Source: Phoronis australis (taxonomy: Eukaryota > Animalia > Phoronida). Taken from it: a stretch of DNA of 64,000 nt. The notes beneath the pieces were generated by a model, which was given only the letters and a program-made list of their open reading frames with translations, had not been told where the DNA came from and did not search any database. The first letter of the stretch is position 1. Every line of letters starts with the position of its first letter. A program made the position numbers and the translations under genes. This document shows positions 1 to 13,000 of this stretch, one piece after another. Location: contig NMRA01000413.1 in assembly GCA_002633005.1 (NCBI GenBank), positions 175,251 to 239,250 on the forward strand, read 5' to 3'.

Positions 1-961
1 GAGTCTCAATGGATTAGTGGACCCACAAAACCTATAATGCGACGTTTGAAGCAAGAAGACACACTAATCTGTTCGTCCGAAGTTGTGCGACTCAAGTAGA
101 TTTGGCGACCATCTTGGAAAATGGCGGACGGTGTCACCCCAGCCATGCAAAACCATCTCCAATGGATTTTTTGACCCACAAAACATAGATAAACCTTTTT
201 GAATTTCTACTCTATCACATTCCACTCTTGAGTTATGGTGAGCATCAGAAAATCTGGCGGCCATTTTGTCCGCCATCTTGAAAAACCAACTTCCGCCACT
301 CCGATTCCGGTAGACTTTTTTTTCCCACTAAGGGGTGTGAAAGGATACGATTTATGCAATAAAACCTTCTAGCATGTGTGGAAAGGTCAAAACAAATGAA
401 TAATACGAATTGAAAGCGCAGTGGCTGAATAATTTAATGGCATAACTTTCAAAATTCATTTTTAAATTTGTACGTTTTGAATTTGTGAGGCAAAAACGGC
501 TATTTTTCAGGTTTTCACTGAAGCTATTTTCGGCCAAATTTGGCACTCGGTAGAAGCCATAACGCGCCTTTCCTGAAATGGACTATATAATAATTTGTTT
601 AGTCATTCCTAACCTGTTCATAGTCTAAAATAAAAAATCTTGCCTCTAATGTAGTTTTTGCTTACGAAGCATTACACGAACTGCACTTCGTCCTTTTGCA
701 TGTTCTCAGTTGCCTCTGCTGCCAATAGGGGGCTCTTGGAACATATAATTAGCTTGCGAAACACGACATAAAAACCTTGTATTTTGGAGAAAAGACAGAC
801 AGAATTATTAATTACCATTCTCTGAAAACGGAATTGATGATTATTGCTTATTAAAAAAAATATGTAACGTAAATCAACTGGCATGCGTGGTTCTAAATGA
901 TAGATGGCGCTGCTTTTGTTTACGTAGGGACTGAAGACGCATCTAGAATAAGAGCAGTAAC

Positions 962-1060
962 ACGAGGACCTTGCTATAATTCAAGACTTCGCGAGATATT
1001 GCCCTGAATTTTAAATGAGAACACGTGGTTTTGGATAAATTGTAGAGAGGTTCTAGTGTT
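962..1060. repeat. Dispersed repeat, also at ~61783-61900 (short piece at 63300)
   Basis: Shared ggacct.gcta.aa..caagacttcgcgagat...tttaaatgagaacacgtg. Confidence 0.6.
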
Positions 1061-1179
1061 ACTGAACTCACCCCTGCCTTGTTTTCTATCTGCCTTGTTC
1101 GTGTCACAGGCAAAGGAAGGCACACAAGGTGAATGTGGCCCCCTACTGTTCAGTGCAAAAAATCCTTCAACTTGTCAAC

Positions 1180-3658
1180 AGTCATTGTAACTTTGAGTTC
1201 ATATTGTAATGTCCCTGCTGGTTTCTACAAATTTTAATCGCCACCGGTCGCCAGAAATCTGGTGTCCCCCACACACCGGGCACCCTAACGCTGAATATTT
1301 CTATCAGTGTGATCATCAGTGGTATAAAAAGGTACTCATTCACAGTCAATAGAAAATAATTCACGAGAGACAATTTTATTAATGAATCATTCATGACAGA
1401 CATGAAGTAAACAGAAGTAACAGTCACGACTTCATATATCACACATCTTTGACTGGTATGATACAAAACTAGGCTAAACGTTGAGCTCATTTACCATTTC
1501 ATTCAGAAAATCTGACGACATAACAGCATCTTCAGCAGAAATTGCATCGTCATAAACATTGCTGCAGAAAACCTCGAAAAAATCCACCAATATGCGATTC
1601 ACTTAATATCACAGGTAAATACTTTACTAGTGGGTTCTCGTAATGTTTTCTCCATTTTGGCTCTTCCGAGGGTGAATGTTTTTACCTGACTTATTTCCTT
1701 CGTCGAATATGTTCGTCAGAAAGTTCTTAACCTTTGCTGAAAATCTTGTTGACACTTTACCTTTTTTCAATGCCTAACCTATTGCTTCAGCATTCGTCTC
1801 ATCCAAATAGTACTATGAGGCTGCCTCAAATGACGCTCCGGTTCTTGCATCTGAAAGCATTTATGACCACTGTCGTGCGATGTGGTCATACGTGGATTCC
1901 CTCTGTAAATGTTCAGTGTAGTTACCCACATCCAAATGCTGACCTAGTTCTGCGTCTGTAGCAAAAAAATTCGAGTAACCTTGCTGGGTACAAGGGAACT
2001 TCGTTGAGGCTCTTCACTAGATACAATGCCAACCTTAACTCTTGGTGTTGAAAATCCGCCATGTCTAGAGATGTTAGTGTATTTTAGAGAAATAGGTTTC
2101 CCATTTTCTCAGTATTTGTACGAACTTACCGTCACCTACATGGAATGATTTCCACACGCGAATTCCTTGGGTGGAATAGTGGGAATTTAGGAATGTGCTT
2201 ATACCAGGAACTGAGTATTTTGGAAAAGACTCTGTTGCATCGACTGGACATGCATACACATAACATCCCTTCACACGGCCACTGGAAAGTAATGCTTCTT
2301 TCAAATCCAGAAAGTTTATGATATTGTTACCTTCGGCTACAAAGTACATGTACTTTGCATGTTGTTTGAGTGGAGCGATCTTGCGATCACAGATATCCTT
2401 TCCATTCTGACTTTCACTAAAGTCATGTCTCGAAACAGAAATGCCGGTAGAATCTGACAAGGCTGCTACGTTCAGGAGGAGAGGAGCAGAATGGTAACAT
2501 CCAGCATTACCTGACTCTTCCATGCCTGGTCCTGTTCAGTCAGAAATTCACCGACTCTGGGTAGTACGAGTGCGTGCTCTGGCACAGGCCTTGCTTTGTG
2601 AGGTAGTTTCCTGTATCTCAAATGTTCAGTGGTGTCTTTGACATAACTCACTAAAGCACAAAGCTTTTGTGATTGGATTTTTGCAGAATAAACTCTAAAG
2701 GAACATGAAGCCCCATCGACATCGCCCGTCATTTTGTCTTTTTAAAATGCACTTGCTTCTCTCAAAACCAGTCATTACAACTATCAATTCTTACTCGTTT
2801 AATATTATAAAGGCATTTATTTCCATTTCAAATTTCTACAGAGTGTTTAAATTAACCTGATAATGTAAAAGAAACGAAAGAATACAAGAGGGTTACACGT
2901 ACATTTTTTATATATACTCAAGCTTAACCTCAACTGACTCCCTCAGTGGGCAAAGGTCATCGGGTTCAGGTTTGATACTAGCCGCGTAATAAACCCGGAA
3001 AACATCTTGTTTTCATTTGAAAGAGTTTAGACTTGGTTTCTTTAACTATTTAAAGCAGACTTCTTGCCTAAAAGTTTGCTTAAATGGTCTGTAAACTCTG
3101 CTCGTCATTTCCAAACTATGAAAATAGATAGTTTTGCAAGACAATTTTCACTAAGGTGCAAAGTTGAGGCAAGATTTTTTATTGCTCAGTCATCAAGACT
3201 AACTCTTTAACTGTATGTTCAAAACGTCACATAAGGCTACAAGGTGTTTTATGGCAGTAAGAAGGTCACAAAATTGGCCACTAAAATTAGCCCCAAAAAG
3301 TGGTCTGTGGATTATCTCCCCTGTCTAGCACAAAACTGTCAGATTTTAATAAATCGTACAGAATTATGTACAGTATACGTTGATTATTTCAGCCACCAAA
3401 ATATAGCTTTTGATCTATTTTGTATGTTACTCATTTCTGTTGCTGAAAACATGCGATTTTTGAGAAAGCTAAGATGCCCAATTGTGCCAATTTGTGTTAT
3501 CAAGCTCCAGCGGCAAAATTAGGGGTCATTGAGTGCACAAAATTTGGCATTTGGGTTTATATTAGGATACCTACCCATGTACAAAAAATGAAGTTGTTTT
3601 AAATTTTGGCGTATAGACTGATTTTTGAAAATCTGCTGGTTTTTATATGGACTGTCTC
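1180..3658 (-). mobile_element. Truncated Sola3-like DNA transposon
   Basis: Transposase remnant plus a right terminus ...ATATGGACTGTCTC followed by TTAA (3659-3662), matching the GAG..CTC/TTAA rule for Sola3. The left end was not found. Confidence 0.5.
1560..2560 (-). pseudogene. Decayed DDE/D transposase, Sola3-like (C-terminal half)
   Basis: Motifs S[D>G]NAGCYHS, DFSESQNGKDICDRKIA, HLDVG, ESTYDHI, G*ALKK..RFSAKVKNFL..FDEG..SGK and FFSR, broken by stops and frameshifts. Family assignment is from recalled motifs. Confidence 0.7.
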
Positions 3659-5229
3659 TTAATAACGGATTTAAGATGAGGCAAAATTGTAATATTAACG
3701 CTGAGTGAAAATATACATCTGAAAGTTTTATATTAAAGTATCCTACCAGCGACATTGTACACAAAGGTGAGTAACTAGATTTCAACTTTTAGCAGTGTGT
3801 TCGTTGGCAACATACGCAATTTCTAATGCCCGTAAAACCAAATAGACAAATGTAGTCACCACAAAAGTCAGTGTCAACTTTTTATTTCTTAGTCTATTAA
3901 AACAAGTTGATTCGGATTCAGACTTGCACCAAGAACCTAGAGCCTTCTTAAGTTCCTTACCTTCAGGATAACCAGGCATGTAGGCCAATAGATACAAAAT
4001 ATAGATGCAAACCTCGCTTTTCTGTAATTTTATCAACATCGTCTGCTCACTCTCCGCCGTCCGATTTAGTCAAGGTGGCTTGTGTCAGCGTTGACCTGTT
4101 TACAACTGATTTCATTGCAATTTCAGTTCCATAGTTGTCAAAAACAGTTCGATGAGCATTAAAAATGTATATACCTTGTTCTTATCTTCATCTGCTAGTT
4201 TGAAACTTGATAAATTGAAAATTAACGACCGATTCTGCTCCGTTGTTTTCCTTAGACCTACATGTAGATAATTTATGCGGACAGACGTTTCATGATCTGT
4301 ATTTCTACGCATGACAGAAATCTAGTCCGGGCCAAAAAACACGATGAAAAATGTCTCGTATGTTGAAATATGGGTAGTGAGTTGGTCTGAGCATGGACAG
4401 AGTGAAAAAATCACCATTTGATCACGACTCGACCACATCACTACCCATATTTTAACATAATTCATTAAAATACAATTCATTGCTGAGAGCACGGTTCTGT
4501 TGATAGGGCTGTACCTCGGTGCACTGCAGTGCCTGGTGTCCTGTTATATCAGTAGGACAATCCTACTGTAATTAGCTGTTCGTCTTTGGATTAGGTTATA
4601 CCACATGACGTATCACAGGGAATCATTTTATTCGCCGAGCGCGGTCTCGAGCAATGATGAACTCTCAGATTTTAAGACCAAAATCGCTTCTCACTTGAGT
4701 AAGGTCAGGACGCGGTTTTGCTGCGCCTTTCAAATTTAATTTAAAAGTTTAACTATAATACATGTGCCTTACAGTGATTGTTTCCCCATAAACTTAACTG
4801 GGGATTTGGGAGGATCAATGTAGACTCATTAACAACTTGGGGGTGAAGTCTATTGTTTGTGTCCCCTCCAAACAGTTCCAAGCGTCCTTCGGGCATCAAG
4901 CAATCACTTGTTCTTTCCAACCCTTCACTGCATAACCGATGGAATACCCCCACTGAGTCTTTTAAAAATTGTTTGAATGGAAGCTATTAAGCCTGAACTG
5001 AATCGATGGCGAAATGTCAGTTATTCCAGAGGTCAGAGGTCATTGAGTAAAAAATAAGATAAAACCACTGCTATAACGGTTAAAAACCTCAATTAAAATT
5101 ACTTTGGCAGAGAGCAAGGGTTTAATTTCTTTTTTAACGTTGCATAACTTCGAAGCTCTGGCTTAATGAAACCTTCACAAAAACTCGTAAATTTTACACA
5201 TGTCTAGCAAAATGCCTCATCCCCAGTCT

Positions 5230-5325
5230 CGGGGAACTTCAAATAGGAAATATACACCGTGTAGCGAGAAAACAAAGATTTAGCGGAACGATTTTGAAAC
5301 CGCACAACCGCGCGGAAATTTGTTT
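5230..5325. repeat. Dispersed repeat, inverted copy at ~44820-44905
   Basis: gaacttcaaata.gaaatata.ac..tgtagcgagaaaa matches the reverse complement of ttttctcgctacatagtatatatttcgtatttgaagttc. Confidence 0.6.
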
Positions 5326-6916
5326 ATTACTTATCCGAGGCAAAAGGTTACAGGGTTGTCACTCAAATCGAATTTCCCGCCAGTAACAGACCAGCCCCGT
5401 ATGTACCCATAGTGTCATCCATTGACTCGCCATCAATTGATTCAACGAGGTGCACATACGATAGAAAGATGCCGAGGAAAACGAAAACAAAACAGAGCTT
5501 TGATCCTGAAGGAGTTTTGCGCCTCCGTGCATGCTACCGTTGGGAACGAATGATCAGTCCGAGTCGCCGCACATTTCTGTAACTTTGAGCTCACGAACAC
5601 AGCAAGTTGTGGCAAGAGAAAAAAATATCACCCGGCCAAATTCATTAGTTTGACATTTTGATGTTTCGATCTCATGGTTACGACGGGCTTTAACTATCGA
5701 CTTGATTTATGTTGTCCATGTCGTTCTTGGTTTCATATCAGTCTCCCGGCTCGTGGTGTGTATAACGCTGTACTTTTGATCTACTTTAAGTACATATAGG
5801 TCGACAGTTGATCCCTTGACTGGAGACGGTCACAAAAATAAACTTTTTAGTGATAATTAAGTTAATTACGCACAACAAATTCTGTTGACATTGCGAGTAA
5901 ATGTTAAAATAGCGAACATGGTTAAGACACGTATGCATGTCTAGGTTATACATGTATTGACCGAAAACAAGTTTTCGCCGAATAGTTAACCAAAGACTTT
6001 GAGATTCTCACGTCTCATAACTTCTCGGCTTCGGCAAATCGACTTAATTTGAATTTAAGAACACGACGTTTCAAAAACGGCTCGGTGGATTTTGCTGAAA
6101 CTTTCCAAACTTAGTATTTGTTCATCAGTCTCAAAAGCGCTGTCAGGATTTTTGATATAAAGGCCTAGTTTTTGCAAAATGTAACAGAGACGAAATACGA
6201 CTGCTATTTCTACAAAAATACTTTACGTTTTACGATTGTATTGGCCATTTCAGGCTGATAACATGGTATATAAGGACATATATTAGGAAAACTAGTAACC
6301 ATACAATACAGACTATTATCTACAGAGAATATACAATAAGTTACGCTGTTAATGTGGGTGAAAATATGTCACAGATGCATGCATCCACCCCCCAGAGGGA
6401 GCGCAAAATTACGAGTACGAAAGCAAGATTATGCTTTGCGATTGTTTTAACAATCGCATATTACGTATTTATAACTAAGTAAAGTAATTAATTTGCCTTT
6501 TCCACAGATAGCTTAAATAAGCTATTGTCTCTTCCCAGCCTGCAATGCCATTGAAATCCATGTTGACTACTTGTGCGTCTAAACGTATACAACAGTAACC
6601 AAACGTCAACCAGGTACATATGGGTTCATGCCTCTTGCAACTGGAATCCCCATGAAGAACAACAACAAATGCTTTCGTTTTAATGCTCCAGAAAGGACCA
6701 TATTTGTGTAGCCCAAAATTTCGAGAGAAAAAAATGTCTCAAGTTGGAAATTTACAAACCGACAAGCAAAGATTGGTTTTCGATTTCAACCTTGCTTTGA
6801 ATGCTGATTTTGTAACTTCGACATTTAGGGAAGTAACATAAGTTTGCAGATTATTTTTGGAAAGCGGATATATTTAGTTGTAGATTCATAATTCACTGAC
6901 TGCATTCTCCTAAATT

Positions 6917-7096
6917 TTAACAATTTTCACTTGACGCAAACGTATTTCGCTCTTCTATTTTGGACCAATTTTCCACGTCTTGAATGGTTTCTGGGAGAGG
7001 GCGGTTAAGTGTGTCCGGTAGCACTAAGCATGAGAGCCCAGCCAGGAGCGAAAACGTGCCAAAAATAAGTCCAGGGAGCCACGGTAGTTTTCGAGC
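6917..7096 (-). CDS. SLC22-like exon 11 (TM12, stop)
   Basis: ARKLPWLPGLIFG...LVLPDTLNRPLPETIQDVENW...ENC*. Confidence 0.88.
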   Translation of the reverse strand, partial: ARKLPWLPGLIFGTFSLLAGLSCLVLPDTLNRPLPETIQDVENWSKIEERNTFASSENC

Positions 7097-10000
7097 CTGT
7101 AATGAACAAATGAATTACCTTTATAGACACAGGATAGAGACATAGTCATTATGAATACTTGAAACATCATAAGTCTACGAAAAATGGATACCAATGAGAT
7201 TAGTACGGCAGCGGTCTTTGGGATTAGTGTACCCCGACACAGTCGTCCAGGAGAAGGCAGCACAAATGCCAGGTGCGGTAAAAATACTGACGACGAGGGG
7301 AGGAGGTGGAACGACACCTGTGGCGTCTCAAGGGAGAGGGAGGCGACACCGTCACCTTCCGTTCTGTTTAGGTGACACTGAACAGTTAAGCTGTAGCCAT
7401 AGGGCATTTATAGTCCGTAGACTTTAAATACAGGGCGTGTGTCAAGTTTGGCGGGAGGTTTGAGGAATTTGTAGAAAAAAGTTGCCAGGGAACTGATTTA
7501 CTTGTGTTTTTGAATGAGAAAAGCTAAGTTTTTTAGCCGTGACCCACTTTCCATGCAAAATGTTGGCTGTCGCTTGCTTTCAACCCCTGTCGGCTGCCGA
7601 CTGAGGAAACGGGTGCGATTTCAGGTGGCTGTCAGACAGATCGAAATTGCGAAAAAAGTAGCTGATAAGTGGCGTAGTGTGACCACATTTGTAGAGTCTA
7701 GAGAGAACGAGAATTCTGAATCTGTTGTCAGATTTTTTCTAGCACTTGCAGGGAAGTAGTACATTTGGAGAGAAAACCTTCAAATTTGGTGTTTTTTGGT
7801 ACTATTTTGTGTGCCGGTATTTTTCCCGATGTGAATTAGCCTATTAAAAATCTGTAGCAGAATTAAGTTTCAGTTATCATGAGTAGTGCCTTTGAGTTGG
7901 AAACGCCAAAAAAACTTTTTTTTCAGACTTTCGATAAGGACGTGAGATAAGGACTCGTCTCCACTTGGGCGTGTTTGGCAGCCAAAACCCTGCTGTAATT
8001 GTAGTGTTCCCCCTTAAGGCTACGTCAATAGAACAATATACACAATACCGGTGCGTGCTTCGCGACCTTACCACTAGCAACATGGCCGCCAAAGAAATGA
8101 CGGGTCGATGCTACCCAAAGGCTCGTTAGGGTTAAGTTCCGTAGGCGCAAGAAACTCGCAAAAATCAAGGTCAGTTTTTCCAGAAACCTCCAAGAACGAA
8201 GCATTAGAAAAAGTTTGTAAAATTCCTTAATGTTTTAAACAACCCATTTCAGTAGTATCAGCCTGCTAAGAAATGTAACTGATAAGACTAATACATGCAG
8301 CTTACACGTCTTGCAGGATCCATTTAAAATAAATATTTAGCACTTAAAGGACAGAATGCAATGTTTTAAATTGTTTGCTTGTTCGCAATGAATTACCGTG
8401 GCCCCTCACTGCACTATATCCTGTTGGTTCTGAGCAATATTTACGAAAGAAATATCAGTATACCATATCGTCCTATACGTCATTGCATTGCTTCTTGCAG
8501 TTAGATGTTCTTGTTTCAAAGTTATTATTAATCAAGTATTTACATGAGCATTTTTTCTTTGTTGGTGATCAGCAATTAGCGATCTACGTCCTTGCTGGCA
8601 ACCCAGTGATGCAATTGTATTGTTTTATTGATGTAAAAATAGATTACATCCCTCTCACGCAATTACTCTTTTCTCGCTACTGCCTAACGTCTACGTCATT
8701 AACGCATCCCGGATGTCAGACTTTGCCATCTTTTTACAAACCTTAATAACAATCGCAACAGTAATAAGCATAACGGTAGCTACAACTACAGCGACGTTCT
8801 TGAGAGACTTACCACTGTGCCAGTAAATGGAGCAATAACAGAGCCAGCGTCAGCAAACGCGGATGCAACACCCATACCGGATGTCCTGTAAGTGTGAAGA
8901 CAGAAAGCAGTGTGAATACTGACCATAGAACACTAAGCGGGAAAATGTCTCAAACACCTTTTGTCGTGAAAGAATTTATGCCCACACCAAAATTTATTTT
9001 GACAGTGCACGGCCAAAATTAGCGGTTCAAAACCAGTAGGCTATCATGCATCGTTCTCCGGAATGAGATGAGTAGCAATCACTATTCGCCAGGAAAACTT
9101 CGCCAGGAAAAGTTCCTCAATCTCTTCACTTATTGCTTAGGTTTTAATTTTCAAAAAATGTTGTTGAGACTGCCGAGCTGGCTTGGGTGAACGTCAAAAC
9201 TTAGGGGCATACGCACTGACATAGTTTAGCGGTTGTTGTATGACGTCAAATGGTCAGTGCACTAGTCACGACAGAAACGTAAAGCAGGATCACTCTTCTA
9301 AAATTCATGTGTGTCATTTATAACCAAGTCCTGTCACGGCAGTCGGAGTGTGTAGACAGTGGTCCAAAAGTCAACTATGAAGTCGAACAGAAGCCGTATC
9401 TAAGAATAGTCATAGGTGTAGACAAGGCTTCAATTATAAGGTCATGGTCTCTGGCATTGTTACTACATGTACACATGTATAAGCGAATAGCATTCGCGCA
9501 TATCGCTTGATGAACGACTTTGTTTGTGCTCTTGCGAACTTTACCTTAGGTTTGTTGGGAAGACTTCCGGGGTAAACACATAAATTGTTGCGAATGAGCC
9601 ACATATCCCGAACTTGCAGACCAGTCCCAACGTAATGGCTAGAGGCGTAAGGTCCGTGCCATCCGCTAGAGACAGAGGAAAAATGAGACCTGATTTCTTA
9701 AAAAAGACAAACTTCACCAGACAGTGATGCAACTACCTATGTGCCACAGTTGCAGAAGGGAAGAGCTTGCAGTATTAGAGAAAGCGTCCATTACGTAAAT
9801 GATACGTGCCTTTTTGTTAAACAAGCAAGTGATGGCTTTAGGTCAAAATAGCATAACTGGTTATTGTCTGAGCCCGACTACTCTTTGAAATATGCTCCTT
9901 CCTGAAAACATACACGCTCGCATCAGTCTTAGCCATGGTCCATTACTTTAAAAAGCTACATAACCGTTTAAGGGTCGGTGTTAGCTCTACCTTCCGATCA

Positions 10001-13000
10001 TCCGCAGAATACTCATGGTGATTGGTTTAAGTGTAAAACCTTAGTAGGCTTGCGTGAGGCAAGCACAGTTGTAGTTTTCAAGGGTTTTACTTTCGCACCA
10101 AAATAAAATAACCCTGTTCAGAGTGAATTGGGTTGATACAACTGACTAATGTGACTGGCTGGAATTACCGACGCCGAAGCTTGCTTCCTACACATAGGCA
10201 GAATTCCACTTGCTCAACGGGGGGCCAGTGGCCTATAAGTCTGCTAACTAAATTGGCCAGTCTCTCGAAACAACTATCGCAACTGACAAATGAGAGACAG
10301 ATGATTACATGACGAAACATGAACAATAGAGAAGCCAGAACCATGCGCAGCCCTCGTACTGACAATATTTGGTTACATTGTACACGCTTGAAACCCAGAG
10401 GAAATGCACCAACACATTTTATGATGTTTTATAGAAAATATACAACTATCGCATTCTCAATCCTCGACTGAAATGGCATCTTTGTCATCGGTCAAGGTGC
10501 ATAATACTGAGCACAGCTCCACACAACGTTTAAAAACACCCATCTTTCACAAGTTTACTGACACGTATATTGAGCACCCAATTCAGAGTAGCAGCTAGCT
10601 CTCTGCAGTGGAGTTATCTCCCTTTTCGATAGTGCCAAACACCATTGAGATTACTGCTGTCTTTGCTGATGTTCTCAGCACTTCACTAGAGTCAAGTCCG
10701 GAAGTCACTGAATGACAGAATGACAGCTTATAAAAATGACAGACTACTGTGAATGGCGCACAGACCTGGTTTATTTGATGCTGTATATTTTCTAAGTTGG
10801 TCAACGTGAAATTTTGAGAGTCACTGAAATCACTCCACAACCATGCTACCATCCAAAGATGTTAGAATGCCTTCTTTAACAATAGGCTTACCTGTCGTTT
10901 TTGGAACAAATGTTGCGCAAATCAATAAGATTCCTGCTATGACGTGAAATGCTATCAGCGGTTTTTGTCGCCCATGCCTTCAATGGAAAGCAATAAATTC
11001 CACATTAAAGAGGCATGGAAGCGAAAGCTTGTCAAAACATCTTTTAAACAATTCTTGACGAAAACACCATCTCACAACGTCCAGTACAGAGTAATTCACT
11101 TTTCCTGGAAGAAAATTTCCAGAAAAAAATGACAAAATTCACGATTTTTGAAATAGGCGCGAAGGAAAACTCTGTGGTAATCACAGAGTATCTAAAAGGA
11201 AAACTCTGTGGTAATCACAGAGTATCTAAAAGGAAAACTCTGTGGTAATCACAGAGTATCTAAAAGGAAAACTCTGAGGTAATCACAGAGTATCTAAAAG
11301 GAAAACACTGTGGTAATCACAGAGTATCTAACCTTCCTCCCACTTATGATAAATGCGCGTATGCACTCAATCAGTCGCTTGAAGATGCTTGAGATCAAAG
11401 GTCACATTTTCAATGTAAGGGAAATGTGCTACGTCTAAGTCTTGCCATACCAAATAAGGAGACGTGCTTTGACTTGTGGGAGAAAAATCAACGAAGTAGC
11501 GAGTAACAGACGGATGTTTTTTTTTTGAGATTTGAAGCTAAAACAGAATGCTTTGATATCAACAGAATTTAAAATTCTACACGAACAAACCCTAAAATTA
11601 CCTGATGACCAGGTTGAATTCTGTTTCACTGGCAGAGAACCACTTTCAATACTGCGCTTTAGTCTGTTTATAGCGTTCCAAATATCTTTAAATGAAAGTC
11701 TCTTTCAAATTAAGTAGACTTTACAGAAAATCACACATACATTCAACCGGAAAACTACATTTCTGCCAAGCGTGGTACAGTAGCATAGGTTACTGTTCTC
11801 GACATATTCTTAATTTAATGTAATTTACAACCTTTGTTGCCACGGCTAAGCAGCTTCTTAGTGTAAATTGTACAGACGTAATACAAACATGAACTTTTAA
11901 AATTCACGAGGATCAAGTAATCTTATGATGTGCACTAGCCCTTCATGAGGTCAACTCACTACGTCTTCGCGTTTAAACTATCAGCTCTGAAATTGCTTCG
12001 TCTTCACCAGCAAGAATTTGTCGGTTTAGAATCTGACAGATTGTTATGTTGCGCTGGGGAATATTTCCACCCTTGAATGGGAGACTGGCATCCCTTCCAA
12101 GCAGTATCATTGTTCTTCCGTCTTCCCAACTGCCATTGGTTTTGTTTCGCCATACTAGTAATCGTGTGTAACACGTGCTTCGAAAACATATGCGCGAAAT
12201 CTTATTCGAAAAAGACACAAGGAGCAATATCCGCACTTGCGCAAGTGTACACCACTTCCCCCATAAGTTGATACGAATCGATTGCCTGTTTACTCTTACA
12301 AGGTACGTATCGTCTAAAACGGCACTCATTTCGAATACACCTGCTCAAGTGAATTTGGGTTGAGACGATTACAGCTAATCTAATTATAAAGAACACTGGA
12401 AAACATCACTTATTTACAGATGGATTACGTGCCTAAGACATATTGATAATGGGTTTACACTGAAACTTGCAGCATATACAATTGCTTACACTGCAGGTAC
12501 CTACATATTCAAAATTTCTGCTAAGGAGTTTTCTTAGTTTGCTGTTTACGTGCCTGCGTTAGAGTGTTGGAACACTCCACACAACAATTTCGAACAAATG
12601 AGTTTACTTCACCTCAGGAAAAATACAAGGGGTCTACAAGTTTTGGAAAATATTTGAAGTTGGAACATAAACCGAGTTTCACGGGACTTTTTCTAAAAAT
12701 GGTGACTTTTCACGGAGATCGCTCTAACTTCAACTACCATGACTTTTTCACACGAAACCAGTATTTCTTTATACAACTAGTTGCAGCCGTATATTTGGGA
12801 ATTTTCTTTTGAAGGCCTCTTAGCTCTAGAACTCTGCTGCCTAATATGAAGACGTCTAAAGCTCCTTCAAATAAGATGTCTTGGTTTTTGAAAGCCGAAT
12901 TCTTGGGTTAAAAGACCTTATAAAAAATTCCAAACTACACAGGGGTGCGGAAATTGCGGCAATGACCGTGAAAAATTAGCTTTTCATAGAAAAAAGCATC

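Noticed and set aside
7024-7427. Overlapping GC-rich ORFs as a separate gene
   Set aside because: The coding signal is explained by SLC22 exon 11 in another frame; the remainder has no recognisable motif.
11162-11331. CRISPR-like 34-bp palindromic repeats
   Set aside because: The units are contiguous with no spacers, there are no cas genes, and the context is a eukaryotic intron.
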